64,000 nucleotides of DNA from assembly GCF_001194135.2 (NCBI RefSeq), contig NC_068992.1:57086623-57150622 (forward strand), read 5' to 3'. The position numbers and the translations under genes were made by a program. This DNA is from Octopus bimaculoides (taxonomy: Eukaryota). Positions 23,898 through 38,375 of the stretch are shown in pieces. Positions within the stretch are counted from its first letter, which is position 1. Every line of letters starts with the position of its first letter. The notes beneath the pieces were generated by a model. It ran no database searches. It had not been told where the DNA came from and saw only the letters and a list, made by a program, of their open reading frames with translations.

Positions 23898-24995
23898 CAG
23901 AGGCTTTCGCGAATATTTGTCTATACATGTATGCTCTGTACGTGAATTTATTTTGAATCGACACGATTTAACACAAGTACACGTAGACATGCGCACTCAA
24001 ACAAAACAGCACCCACAGTACATACTCAATATACATAGCATGCACAATATATATATATATATATCGCACAACAGCGCCTTATCCCGTCGCACAATTTTAC
24101 ACAGATACAAACAAATACAAAAGTCTATACATTCATCTCTTAAACATTCAATTTAAATGTACACATAATCAATCATATAAGAAGCAGGCATCAAAATATT
24201 TTTTAAATATATATGAAGAAAATCTATGACAAACAACAAGAAAAAATATACATATGCAGAGATAGTGAGACAGACAAACAAGCGGGGAGGGGGAGAGAAA
24301 ACCAGGAGAGAAGAGCAAACCACTACAATGAATGTATACACAAGACGATACCATTGCATAGCAAAACAGTTTTATCGCTCTTCTCTATTTGCTATTAGTG
24401 ATTGAAATGAAAGAATTCAAAATGTTCCATTATCGTTATTCAAACACCGCTTTGTTCGTTTGCTAAAATTCATTCGAAAACTCATAAAATATCATCTTTT
24501 TACCGAAGGTTTATTATATGTGCATGGACAGTAGCGAGCAGAAACAACAGCAACATTAAAAAAGAAAACAACATATGAAAGTTTGCTGTATGTTTCTAAG
24601 GAAGACACCTCTTAATCATGCAAAATGGTATATGCTAGCCGGCACCACCAGATAGTTGACGGAACGTGAGTTCCAGAATATCTACAATATTGTAAGATTT
24701 TTTTCGTTTCGTTATTTGTTGGCTTGCTGGATTGTTTAAGACGCCAATTTTGACAGATCGATCAAACTGGCGGCTGATTAAATAAAAGCGACGTGCTCAG
24801 CCACATGCTTTGTTAATTGTAATATATACTGAACAGGTAATCAACTGTCCATCAGAGACTGTATCTAAATATTGTGAAGCGGCTTCTCAGTTCACTAGTA
24901 TCGACATTGATATAGTATTTAATTTGTAAAATCCAAGAAATTATATCTGAATTTTAAAACAACTTATTGTGTTGTTATGGGTAGTTTTCATTTCT

Positions 24996-25222
24996 TATTT
25001 CTTTATTGCCCACAAAGGGCTAAACATAGAGGGGTCAAACAAAGACGGACAAAGGGATTAAATCGATTACATCGATCCCAGTGTGTAACTGGTTCTTAAT
25101 TTATCGACCCCGAAAGGATGAAAAGCAAAGTTGACTTCGGCGGAATTTGAACTCAGAACGTAACAGCCGATGAAATTCCACTAAGCATTTCGCCCGGCGT
25201 GCTAACGTTTCTGCCAGCTCGA
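24996..25222 (-). mobile_element. SINE family A, full length, 11-bp TSD
   Basis: Reverse-complement match to the 6753 copy. TTTTCATTTCT lies at 24985-24995 and 25226-25236. Confidence 0.88.
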
Positions 25223-26340
25223 CTTTTTTCATTTCTATTATATTTTTCATTTAACTATAAATGTTTGTCTTGTTCTAATTTAACTATTAATGTTCTCTAT
25301 GGTTTTAAATTTAGTACTTTAGTGTTTTGTTGTATTATTCTAAATATACTGACGAATAGATAAATTCTTAATANNNNNNNNNNNNNNNNNNNNNNNNNNN
25401 NNNNNNNNNNNNNNNNNNNNNNNNNNNNNNNNNNNNNNNNNNNNNNNNNNNNNNNNNNNNNNNNNNNNNNNNNNNNNNNNNNNNNNNNNNNNNNNNNNNN
25501 NNNNNNNNNNNNNNNNNNNNNNNNNNNNNNNNNNNNNNNNNNNNNNNNNNNNNNNNNNNNNNNNNNNNNNNNNNNNNNNNNNNNNNNNNNNNNNNNNNNN
25601 NNNNNNNNNNNNNNNNNNNNNNNNNNNNNNNNNNNNNNNNNNNNNNNNNNNNNNNNNNNNNNNNNNNNNNNNNNNNNNNNNNNNNNNNNNNNNNNNNNNN
25701 NNNNNNNNNNNNNNNNNNNNNNNNNNNNNNNNNNNNNNNNNNNNNNNNNNNNNNNNNNNNNNNNNNNNNNNNNNNNNNNNNNNNNNNNNNNNNNNNNNNN
25801 NNNNNNNNNNNNNNNNNNNNNNNNNNNNNNNNNNNNNNNNNNNNNNNNNNNNNNNNNNNNNNNNNNNNNNNNNNNNNNNNNNNNNNNNNNNNNNNNNNNN
25901 NNNNNNNNNNNNNNNNNNNNNNNNNNNNNNNNNNNNNNNNNNNNNNNNNNNNNNNNNNNNNNNNNNNNNNNNNNNNNNNNNNNNNNNNNNNNNNNNNNNN
26001 NNNNNNNNNNNNNNNNNNNNNNNNNNNNNNNNNNNNNNNNNNNNNNNNNNNNNNNNNNNNNNNNNNNNNNNNNNNNNNNNNNNNNNNNNNNNNNNNNNNN
26101 NNNNNNNNNNNNNNNNNNNNNNNNNNNNNNNNNNNNNNNNNNNNNNNNNNNNNNNNNNNNNNNNNNNNNNNNNNNNNNNNNNNNNNNNNNNNNNNNNNNN
26201 NNNNNNNNNNNNNNNNNNNNNNNNNNNNNNNNNNNNNNNNNNNNNNNNNNNNNNNNNNNNNNNNNNNNNNNNNNNNNNNNNNNNNNNNNNNNNNNNNNNN
26301 NNNNNNNNNNNNNNNNNNNNNNNNNNNNNNNNNNNNNNNN

Positions 26341-26495
26341 CCGATTCATTACGCAATATTTTAATAAGGAAAAACAATAGGAAACTCCAGCTAAATCACA
26401 AGTATTTACTCTCATTCAACTTTTATTTCATGCCTTAGAAGTGTTCAATGTGGCCACCACCTGCAGCACGAGCAACATCAATGCGATAAGAGATG
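26341..26495 (-). mobile_element. 3' end of a second DD37D-type mariner element (runs into a gap)
   Basis: The minus strand reads SYRIDVARAAGGGHIEHF* then AATAAA, paralleling DYR.CRVSGGAHIEHL* of the 22442 element. Confidence 0.65.
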
Positions 26496-26909
26496 TATAT
26501 CAGTATATCATGACATATATAAATGTGTGTGTGTGTGTGTGTGTATGTGTGTGTGTAAGCGGGTGAATGAGAAAACGAAAACCAGTGGTATTCTACATAT
26601 TTAGAAGGAGTTATAGCATTAACACAACGTGATCTGAGCTAGTAAACAGAGGCCTAACATCCAGAAGCAATCTTGCATTTATCTGAAATCCGTTAATCTT
26701 CTCCTGGTAGCTTATGAGATGGGTCCGTAGTATGCACCCACGAGACTTTAAACTATACGGAGCTCCATCAAATAGATAACTAAAATGCACACACACACAC
26801 ACACACACATATACTTATATATACATGTATATTCAGGTATGTGGACATTCATATATAAATATTTACATATATACACATTCGTATATGAGCATATATGTAT
26901 GTATGCATA

Positions 26910-26981
<72 letters not shown>

Positions 26982-27007
26982 CATAGAGGTATGACATATA
27001 TACGTGA

Positions 27008-27046
<39 letters not shown>

Positions 27047-27729
27047 TATATACATATAAATTATACCTAATTATATACATACATATGCGTACGAGCATCT
27101 CTGTTATATATGTGTATGTATATATGTACATACAGACATACATATATAAGTATGCATATATTCATGTGAGTGTGCGTGCTTGTGCGTGTCTGAAGGGAGG
27201 GTAAAAAGAGAGAGAGTAACTGAGAGAGAGAGAGAGAGAAAGGAAATGCTAGTGCTTTGCACCGATTTCGTCATCTAAAGATTTCTGTAGAAAAATATTT
27301 AATGAATCATATACTGAATCTTACACCTCTCTATAATACATAAATAAATATGTCTATATTTAATATACGGCAAGAAAGGGCATTAACTAACGATTGAGTC
27401 TGACGTCTATCGTCTGCATTAGACGCTTAGAACAATACATTACACTGTTATAGGTATAATATGTTGTGACGTGCACAATTATATGCACAAATCAGTGATT
27501 GGTCAACACTGGAGAAAAGATGAAAACTGGAATAACACGTATTACAAATGAGAAATTTAATTATGATGCTTATGTCGTTACTAATCATAGAATTTGGCCT
27601 TAGTTTTCTTCTCATGCCATGTGTTGTAATAAGTAGAACTGTAGTTTATATAATATTGAAAGAGACTCACTTTTGTGGTTCGAATGTGGCTCATTCCAAA
27701 GACTCTTCTAAATCAATTATTATAAATCT

Positions 27730-28270
27730 CCACAAAATAATTCTTCAATCACTGCTAACGATATAGGTGCTTCTACTAATGTACAAAGTGTGAGGTCTTC
27801 CAATTATGTTTGGTTCTTGCCACAAGAAATTATTTCATGAATTAATAAAATAAGGTAACTGAAAATTCTTCTCTCACTTGCTGCTAGCAGGATAGATGAT
27901 TCTATTAATATTCAACGAGTGAGGTATCCCACGTAAGTTCGATGTTTGCCATAAGAAATTATTCCATGGGTCAAAATCTAACGTAGCAGAAAATTCTTCA
28001 TTCTCTTGCTGCTAGTAACATTGGTGATTCTATTAATACTGACACTCTGTCGGTTACGACGACTAGAGCTTCAGTTGATTCGATCAACGGAACAGCTTGC
28101 TCGTGAAATTAACGTACAAGTAACTGAGCATTCCACAGACACGCGTACATTTAACGTAGTTCTTGCTGAGATTCAACGTGACACAGAATGTGACAAGGCT
28201 TGTCCTTTGAAATACAGGTACTGCTCATACTAATTTTTGACAGCTGAGTGGATTCTACTAATATGTAAAG
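27730..28270. repeat. Degenerate tandem repeat, period 128-129 bp, about 3 units
   Basis: TTCTA(C/T)TAAT at 27771, 27900 and 28028. The motifs AATTCTTC..TGCTA and TTGCCA.AAGAAATTATT.CATG recur at the same spacing. Confidence 0.7.
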
Positions 28271-28284
28271 ATTGACATGTCCCA

Positions 28285-28345
28285 CCTAGGTACCATGTGG
28301 TGCCTTAAAGGGGTTTAGTCGAAGAAACCGACCCTGGGACTTATT
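28285..28345 (-). mobile_element. SINE family B 3' fragment
   Basis: GCCTTAAAGGGGTTTAGTCGAAGAAACCGACCCTGGGACTTATTCTTTGTAAGCCTAGTA is the reverse complement of the family B tail. Confidence 0.6.
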
Positions 28346-30589
28346 CTTTGTAAGCCTAGTAGAAATTGTCTATTTGTTTTGGGTTTGTTATGAGAATATA
28401 TTTCTCTAGTATTAATTAAATATTCTAATAATAAAATTATACTTGGTAAAATTAATTAAACTTCCTCCAAAAATATTTTCAAATAGCCAAATATGGAAAT
28501 ATGTCGGAAGACATATTCTGTAATTATATTTCATAATATGAGAAAACATACTTTACACACACTTCAAATGTCTTGTTTAATGTTTAATGTATTGTTTCTG
28601 TAAAAGAAAAGCACTATAGGGCATATTAGAGAACAGAAACTATTGTTGGTAAAATGAATAGCGAGCTCATTAAGTTTCTAACACATGATCCGACTTGCAG
28701 ATGGTTTTTTTTTTTAATATTGTTATTGTTTCAACTGTCATTCGCAGGAAAGTGAGTCATTTTTTTCCATGTAAAATATTCTGTTTCGATAGCTTTGGGA
28801 AGTAAAAAATATCAGAAAATATCACAACTGATTTTTCAGTTTTTATATTTTTAATGAGTTACTAAGAAAAGAAAAGATCAATAAAGATTTTTAAATATTT
28901 GCTGGAGAGGTGTAATAAAGTAGAAATATTTCTTGAGTTGTCTCCCGTATTGCCGAAATTATTTTAAAAAATATTAGCCATTGAGCTAATGTTGTTTCCT
29001 CGGCACATAATTATTTCAGTATTATCTTATTGATACTCATTACATTAATTATATTAAAATTAATTTCATTATCGTAAACTATTTGCTGTTTCTGATATCT
29101 TGCTACAGTTTATTGCAAATGAAGACGTACAATTGACGCCTACAGACGACATTTTTCTTTTTCTGTTAATCGTTTCTAAACCTCTTTAAAATATTATCTC
29201 ACAATTTTTTTATCGCTTTTTCCTTCTATACCTACACAATAACAAAATAAATTTTAAAAATTAAATCTCTTGAATATTTTAGAATTACCAAATATTAAGC
29301 ACAGTCGTATTCAGAGTAAATATACATTGTGCTTACACAGAAAATTAAAACTCAAATCCGTTGATTTCTAAAGATTAATCGTTTTGTCATTCTGTGTAGG
29401 TGAGGTTTGTATGTGTGAATGTGATAATGTGAAATGAATTAAAGTAATTCAACGATAAAATGTTGAAAAGCTACTTTAGGAAAATACAGCCGAAATCTTC
29501 GTTCTAATGCTGAATAATGTTCTTTCTTGTTATAGTTTCTGTTATATTGATTGGCATGTAAAACTAGACACCACTTAATCAGCTGTTAATGGAAACTCTC
29601 ACAACGTATTGTTGGGGAAATCAACACTTTATCGTAATGCTTAACTACATTATCGACTCTTTTTCTATATAAAAATAATGAAACACAAAAACCCAGATAA
29701 CAGTAGCATGTCTGTGATATCATTGAAACTTTTTTCGATTCTACGATTCCATTTAGCTAAGCGAGAATTATTTTAGATAACCTGCTTTATCTAAAAGTAT
29801 TCACTCTCTCTCTCTCTCTATCCTTCTTGGTATTTCTCTCACTGACTTTCTCTCTCTCTCTCTCTCTCCCTTTCACTCCCTCTCTCTCCTTCACTCGCTC
29901 TCTCCCCACTCTCTCTGAATTGTTCTCCCTCGTTAAAGTGTTCCACGTTGTTCGTATTTATTTAAAATTTGAACAAAGCTGACATATTCCAGCTCAATGA
30001 CGTAGATATCAAGGGATATCTTCCCATATACATCGATCTTCTTCAAACACATTCGATAATTGTCCAAAGTAGCATTATTTACGATTTTCAGATATTTGAA
30101 ATTTTCGTCAGAGGTATTAAGATTTAACTATGGAAACCGCCATATATATACTTTATCAAAGGAACCACTCGCTAAATCGAAACTAACGTATTATAAAACT
30201 GCTTCGCTTCTTTTACATTTTTTTCAATTCGAGATGTCTTTTTTTTTAAGTTGACACTGATGATGTTTTTGATGTTGTTATTGGTGTTTCTCTTGTCGTA
30301 CTTGTTCTGATTGTTTTTGTTGTTCTTTTTCGTATTTACCTTCAGATTAAACCTGGATCAATACACTTACAATCGATGTGTTTCGTCCATTACCTTCCTG
30401 TCTTTTTACAGGGAATTGAATATTAGGTCTACATTATCCTATATGATGCCTCTCAGATCATTCTTTTTTCAAGACAGTAGAGTTCGATTTGAGAGATAAC
30501 AGACTGTTATTTCTAACAAATCGGTCGACAACATAGAAGCTCCCATGTTGGCCCGTATTATAATTGATCCGAACATAAAGACATATTCG

Positions 30590-30945
<356 letters not shown>

Positions 30946-31397
30946 GTATTGACAAAGTAGAAAAATAGAGACGATGGAGTTTCTCCCATAGGAAATTGAA
31001 AATTTTAATAGTCTTTATGTATTTAAGGTGCAAAAGTCCATCAGCAGAAGTAAACAGTCAAGAAATATTATTTTCCCATGCAGTACTTGCCATGTTGAGC
31101 ATTTTACAGATAGCGACATCACCGTACCTACGTGAGTAGTAGTGACAGCAATTGGCTATTATAGTAGAAGTAGCCATTCTTCAAGTAGGGTCGTCAGCAG
31201 TCGCCGAGGTCATGACGGGGTTGACAGTAAATAGCTCACTGTTGGCTGTGTGCAGTCGTGGTAGAACTGCCTGTATTGAAGCTAAAGGTGCCGATGGCAG
31301 ATCCAGTAATAGGGATCAGCGGCGAAGGCACCGGAAAAGACAAATGCAATAACAATCGTCCCAGGGGAAGCAACGAATATTGAACCATGTATTCATC

Positions 31398-31620
31398 TTT
31401 TTATTCTTTTACTTGCCTCTGTCATTTGAGTATGGTCATACTGGAGCATCGCCTTCGAAGGTCTTAGTTGAACAACTCGACCCTAAGACTATTTTTATGC
31501 CTTGTATTTATTCTATCGGTCTCTTTTGCCGAACCACTATGTTACTGGGACGCAAACACACCAACACCGGTTGCCACGGGGTGATGGTTGGACAAACACA
31601 GGTACAAGGACACATAGAGA
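31398..31620 (-). mobile_element. SINE family B 3' half
   Basis: TTATTCTATCGGTCTCTTTTGCCGAACC...CAACACCGGTTG is the reverse complement of the family B tail. Confidence 0.75.
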
Positions 31621-32517
31621 TAGATATAAACATATGTGTGTTTGAGAGTGTGTTTATGTGCTTTAGTGCGTGTGTGAGTGTGTATATGTGTGTTAGTGTG
31701 TGTGTATGTATAATAGTTTAGTGAATCAATATAAGAATAGAAACACGAAACTTCATATTAGTAGGCATGATAGCGTGCATATGACTGCATATGACTGCAT
31801 GTCATATTGCTATAGAATATTCGAAATAGTTTTTGAAATAATGCTACTGCACATAGAGATAGGGCAGTAAACACGGTTAAATTAAATATAATAATGACTC
31901 TGAGAGGAATCTCATTGGCATGACAGTAACAAGAATAATATCAATTATAATTTACCTAATACTAAATATAATGAAAGATGTATATTATGGTATAATCTGC
32001 CTCTAGAATTGAATGTATCTTCTAAATTTGCTATGATTTTATTTCTCTGCATTGGATAAACATTTTCCTAAATCAAGTAGATATCACAAAATTTTTGATT
32101 GACAGTTGATGAAGCTATCATAGAAACGCTAGAGTTAGGTTGCAAATTAACATAAGTACCACAGATAATAATAACATTAATAGTGGAGGGAAGAATCTTA
32201 CTAGTCTAGGTAACAACAACATAAGTAATATTATCTTCAATAAGACTAAGGAAAATAACGATGATAATTATGTAAAATTTGATAATTATAACACTGAAAT
32301 AGCAGTAATAGTAACAACAACTATAGCAACGTAATTGATAATAATTATAGTACTAGTAAGAATGAAGTAGGAAAATGCAAAACACTAATACTAATGTATT
32401 AGAAAATAGTGGAATGAAGAAATGCAACTGTAGAAACCAAGCTGCATTTCCTCTGGAAAATGAGTATCTACATAAGAACGTTATATATATATATATGCAC
32501 AACAGAAACAGGACAGG

Positions 32518-32612
32518 AAGAGAAAGTTGTGGTGAAAGAGTACAGTAGGGTTCGCCACCATCCCCTGCCGGAGCCTCGTGGAGCTTTTAGGTGTTTTCGC
32601 TCAATAAACACA
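32518..32612 (-). mobile_element. Fragment of a further SINE-like repeat
   Basis: GC-rich GTGGTGAAAGAGTACAG...GCCGGAGCCTCGTGGAGC...TTTTCGCTCAATAAACAC resembles a high-copy octopod SINE body as I recall it; not verified. Confidence 0.45.
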
Positions 32613-32619
32613 TATAAAA

Positions 32620-32722
32620 ATATTCAAAAGTTGATGTTGAAATTCCAATGAAGTCTTGGATCTTGGTTAGAAACCGGCTCTTTCTCTATTGGCAAGAAAT
32701 CTTGAAATAAAACTAAGGACAT
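32620..32722 (+). mobile_element. Isolated 3'UTR of R4/Dong-like LINE with CATA tail
   Basis: GATGTTGAAATTCCAATGAAG...GTTAGAAACCGGCTCTTT...GCAAGAAATCTTGAAATAAAACT matches the 3'UTR of the 40905-41336 element. Confidence 0.7.
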
Positions 32723-32779
32723 ACATACATAAATACAAACTTACATACGTACATACGCATCGTTTTCTTCATACATACA

Positions 32780-32813
<34 letters not shown>

Positions 32814-33473
32814 CATAATACATAAATACATACAAATATCAGCGAAGATATATATTCTTAGATTTATAATGTAATCTACAGGTAGTACCCTAAAGGGACA
32901 TGAATTTAAATAAATAAAGCATTTACTTAATTATGCAATGATACTAATACTTGACAAACAACCTTTCTCGGTATATAAACATTATTCTCAATTCATTAAA
33001 ATAGACTTCAGCAACTTATACTATACCAATATTGTCACGTAGCAGTCAAACTGTATCTATGGTTGCCCTTCACCTTTAAAAGAAGATCAGATTTTATTCA
33101 ATGATCAAGAATTAATATAGAGAAATTAATTCTTAGTTATTTTCCTTCTTTGTTTTTCTTTAACTTTTGGTGGGTTTCTTTTTGTCTTTGGGAGTCGCCT
33201 AAAATTTTGCTGCAAAGTGTCTGATGCTTTACGTTAACGAAAGGTAAATATCAGTTAGATCTTGGTTTGCCTGCAATATTCAATAAACAATATGTGTGTG
33301 TGTGTGTGTGTGTATGTGTGTATGTGTGTGTGTGCGCACGTGTGTGTGTATATCTAGATATATATTACATGCAGATATATATATATATGCATGTGCGTGT
33401 TTGTATTTTTGTATAGATAGATAGATATATATATACACACATATATAATGAAGATACATACATACATACTTAC

Positions 33474-33517
<44 letters not shown>

Positions 33518-34598
33518 ATATACAAATACATACACAAATATAAACGTGTGCAAGATGAAGAATATATATAAGCAAATACATATTCCATATGCACACATTA
33601 TTTAAAATTATTATAATTAATCCTTATAATTCCTAGACACAAATTCGTTTAAGCAATTTGTTTATCGTCTGTTAACTAATGCAAATGGATCAGAGTAGAA
33701 ATATAATTGCTGCATATTTCATTTGCTTGACTTCAATTAACCTGCTTAAGTGAATCGACCAAAGAACGAATCGATCCATCGATATCTCTTCAAAATACTT
33801 GACATAAAATTTCAATGTTATTAAGTATTGAGCATTCGTTTAATGGCTTATAGATGAATGGTATTGATGTTTGCTCTCAGAAAATTAGGTTTAATATTCA
33901 AATAATTCCGGAAACATTGCGTACTTAATAAAGACTAATAATGATGTTTTTTGACCAATTTCAGTCAGAACTTTTATTTATCTATGACATTGTCTTTGTG
34001 TATGTATATATTCGTACGCGCACGCACACATACACATACACACGCACACAAACATATGTATGTATGCGTGTATATATATATGCTTGTGTGTGTGTATATA
34101 TTACTGTATATGTGTATATACATAAAAACATACCCGCATATATATATATGCGTTTATATGTTTATCTGTAGATATATATATATATATATANNNNNNNNNN
34201 NNNNNNNNNNNNNNNNNNNNNNNNNNNNNNNNNNNNNNNNNNNNNNNNNNNNNNNNNNNNNNNNNNNNNNNNNNNNNNNNNNNNNNNNNNNNNNNNNNNN
34301 NNNNNNNNNNNNNNNNNNNNNNNNNNNNNNNNNNNNNNNNNNNNNNNNNNNNNNNNNNNNNNNNNNNNNNNNNNNNNNNNNNNNNNNNNNNNNNNNNNNN
34401 NNNNNNNNNNNNNNNNNNNNNNNNNNNNNNNNNNNNNNNNNNNNNNNNNNNNNNNNNNNNNNNNNNNNNNNNNNNNNNNNNNNNNNNNNNNNNNNNNGTG
34501 TGCGTGTGTGTGTAAGTGTGTCTGTGTGTTTGTGCATGTGTGTGTGTGTGTGTGTATATATATAGAGAGAGATGATAGACAGACAGATAGATGGATAA

Positions 34599-34651
<53 letters not shown>

Positions 34652-34835
34652 CTATTCTATCAGAGTATGAATCTGTGAAGTTTGTTTCGGCTTTAATAAA
34701 ACAGTATGCAACTCTACCTTTGGTATCTGAGTACTAATTTTCTCACCTTGTTTTGCAACTGTGTACTTTCTTGTGTGTGTGTGACTGATAATTCATATGA
34801 GATATAAATGTATGCATGTATCTATTTATCCATTT

Positions 34836-34958
<123 letters not shown>

Positions 34959-35865
34959 CATGCATACATATACCTTGTTTGTTTTGTTTCGCAATCACCA
35001 GTGATAATCTCACTAATAATAATCTGCTATTTATCTGTTGCGTTACGTGAAATTAGATTATATTTAGCAAGGTAACTCAAACAGGGATTTAAGCTAATCA
35101 TGTTAGTTTGTTTCTTGTTCAGTTAGCATTGCAAATAATTTTATGTTACGATGACCTAAACGTTTATTCGTTCTAGCAACCTCAACTAATCTATTCATTA
35201 TCACCCGATTGAATTTTATCTGTCATGGAGCAATACCACAAGGTATTGAGCAAGTAAAATAAATCTTTATAATTGATTTTCATGGATTTGATTTTAGAAG
35301 ACACTGTCCGATTCTTTAAATCATTCGTTAATCACGTTAGAAACGCAGAATTACATGAGAATCTATGGAACATTTCTAATGTTTATTTCCTTAACAACTT
35401 TAATTACTTCATCACCATCCCGTCAGTTACAATAGAACCAACGTTGTTATTAAGAATTGAATTAATTGAACGTAAGTGCCAAGGAAACCGCTACAGACAG
35501 TTAAATTAAGTAGCTTGTGATATTTTGACATTGTCTTGTTAAATCGTTTTAAATTCGGAACACGAAAATCCTCTAGTGAAGATTTTCGTACTTTCCTTTT
35601 TCTCCTCTTGCTCAAAATTAACAAGTTGAGGATTATCTAAGTCGAAAGAGCAGTAATGGAGAACCTGTAGTCTGCGAGACATGCCGAATGGCACAGCTAA
35701 CGAAAAGGGACCTTGATACCTATCTCATGGGGCCCCACTTCCTCGAAGTGCTTGCGTTAGAGCTTCCGACTAAAATCCTTACAGTTATTTATTCTGGATC
35801 CCTGAGTTCTGGTTTCAAGACTCTTCCAATGGACCGTATTACTAAAAAGAACACACATACACACA

Positions 35866-35898
<33 letters not shown>

Positions 35899-36394
35899 NN
35901 NNNNNNNNNNNNNNNNNNNNNNNNNNNNNNNNNNNNNNNNNNNNNNNNNNNNNNNNNNNNNNNNNNNNNNNNNNNNNNNNNNNNNNNNNNNNNNNNNNNN
36001 NNNNNNNNNNNNNNNNNNNNNNNNNNNNNNNNNNNNNNNNNNNNNNNNNNNNNNNNNNNNNNNNNNNNNNNNNNNNNNNNNNNNNNNNNNNNNNNNNNNN
36101 NNNNNNNNNNNNNNNNNNNNNNNNNNNNNNNNNNNNNNNNNNNNNNNNNNNNNNNNNNNNNNNNNNNNNNNNNNNNNNNNNNNNNNNNNNNNNNNNNNNN
36201 NNNNNNNNNNNNNNNNNNNNNNNNNNNNNNNNNNNNNNNNNNNNNNNNNNNNNNNNNNNNNNNNNNNNNNNNNNNNNNNNNNNNNNNNNNNNNNNNNNNN
36301 NNNNNNNNNNNNNNNNNNNNNNNNNNNNNNNNNNNNNNNNNNNNNNNNNNNNNNNNNNNNNNNNNNNNNNNNNNNNNNNNNNNNNNNNNNNNNN

Positions 36395-36457
<63 letters not shown>

Positions 36458-37994
36458 ACAAGGAAGATGATTATAATATTTCTGCTTGCTTTGGATAAAA
36501 TGATCTTAGCAAATACATAACATCTCACAGCTAATTCACTTTGCCTACTTTATAGGTAAGGATGTTCAGAGTTATCTTGCAGGAACAATCCGTCCAACAT
36601 GAAATTGGCCAGCAGTGGATAGATAACCATAAATAAACAAGCAGCGGCCTGTTGAGAGTTTCGGCCCGTTGGCGAGAACTGTATGTAATATATGGAAATT
36701 CTTCCTCATCTTGACGAAAACGAACAACAAAATTAAGTACAACAAAAACGTGCATTTGTAATTTCCCAAAGGAATCCAGATTTCGAATTGATGTCATTTC
36801 TTTTCATTTATGCCTTTAAATGTCTCGGAAGAAGACGATAAAAGCTAACTGCCTGTCATTTTCTCCCTAGCTAGGGAATTTGAAGATTTTTGTGATTCCC
36901 CACATAGAAAACAATACTGTTTATGGAAACAGTTAGAAGGTATTTTTTATGTAATGTAGGATTCGTTGGTTTGATCTTTTTAGAGACGTTTAATAAAATT
37001 TGTAAAATGTCATCCACATTCCTTTCAACATAAAACGCCTTGCTTTGATTATATTTACTTTCCAGAGAAAAATATTAGGATATCTGTGTATTTTTGAATA
37101 CAGACTTACGAAGCGAACACACGTATTTGAAAAAAGATTTTCTTAAGATAGTAATTATCTATATATAAAATAACTCTTAGAAAAACAGAACGCGAATATT
37201 TGTTTCTGCACTGTATGTAAACGTTTGCATTTAATTTTACAAACACAATTATTATAAGGTAATCTGAAAAAGAACTTCTTCTATACGGATTACCTCATAA
37301 TACGTTTATTCAAAAAGCTTAACGAAAGCGCTTACTCGCACAACGAAAACTTCCTTCAAAATGTTAAAAGGTTCGTGTCCTTTGTTTATTTGTTTTTTCT
37401 AATAATCTCATTTTATGCAAACCCTTCTTCAAATGTGACAATAGTATCAAGTAATTTCGCAGAAAATATGTAGAGGTACAGGAGTCGCTGAGTGGTAGAG
37501 AAAATATGTAGAGGTACAGGAGTTGTATCCAAACCTCATAGTTCCGGATTCAGTTCCACTACATGACACCTTGGGCAAATGTTTTCTATTATAGTCTATT
37601 ATGTATCCATCTTAGTAACGGTGGAACTCGACGCGAACAGAGCTATAAATAATAACTTGTTAATAGTGGGTTTCAAAATCCCTTTGGATAGAACTGGTCA
37701 AAGTTATGGATTGGTGCCCAACCGGAAGCCACGAAAGACAAGATACTTCAAACAAATTATCGAACACAGAAATACCAATAATTATACATCCAGAATCAAT
37801 CTTGTGTGTGTGAGTATGTGTGTGCACGCGCGTAGGCGTGTGTGCAGTGCGTACATCTCCGATACACTCCACTATTTAACATTACCATTTGAACTCAGAA
37901 CATAAAGAACCGGAAAAAATGCTTTTAAATATTTCGTCCGACGCGATCAGCAAGCAGCAACAACGAATATTGTCTTCAAAGAGCGAATCCAAAA

Positions 37995-38210
37995 ATTCTT
38001 TTCTACTCTAGGGACAAGACCCGAGATTATGGGGGAGAGGGCCAGTCGATTAGATCGAGCTCAGTACGCAACTGGTACTTAATTTATCGACCCCGAAAGG
38101 ATTAAAGACATAGTCGACCTCAGCGGAAATTGAACTCAGAACGTAAAGACAGACGAAATACCGCTAAGTATTTCGCCCGGCGTGCTCACGATTCTCCCAC
38201 CTCGCCGCCT
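37995..38210 (-). mobile_element. SINE family A, full length
   Basis: Reverse complement of the family A consensus; ends with CTCGCCGCCT at 38210. Confidence 0.88.
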
Positions 38211-38375
38211 TAAGAGCGTAGCCAAATATCTAATAGTACTTTTTTTTACCAAATTATTGCTTGGAAATCATTCTCAGTGTTGTTGTTGCAATCCAAAATT
38301 AGAATATACGTTTATCGTATGGATGATATCAATCCGCGAAATAATTCATGAAATAATATCTTATGCGATAGCATT

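Noticed and set aside
32640-32690. Hammerhead-like CCAATGA...GAAACCGGCTC in the R4/Dong-like 3'UTR (also 40940-40995 on minus)
   Set aside because: The core has two substitutions, and neither helix I nor helix II pairs adjacent to the core.
36531-36797. Overlapping minus-strand ORFs with a plausible acceptor
   Set aside because: No recognisable motif and a weak donor; indistinguishable from chance.
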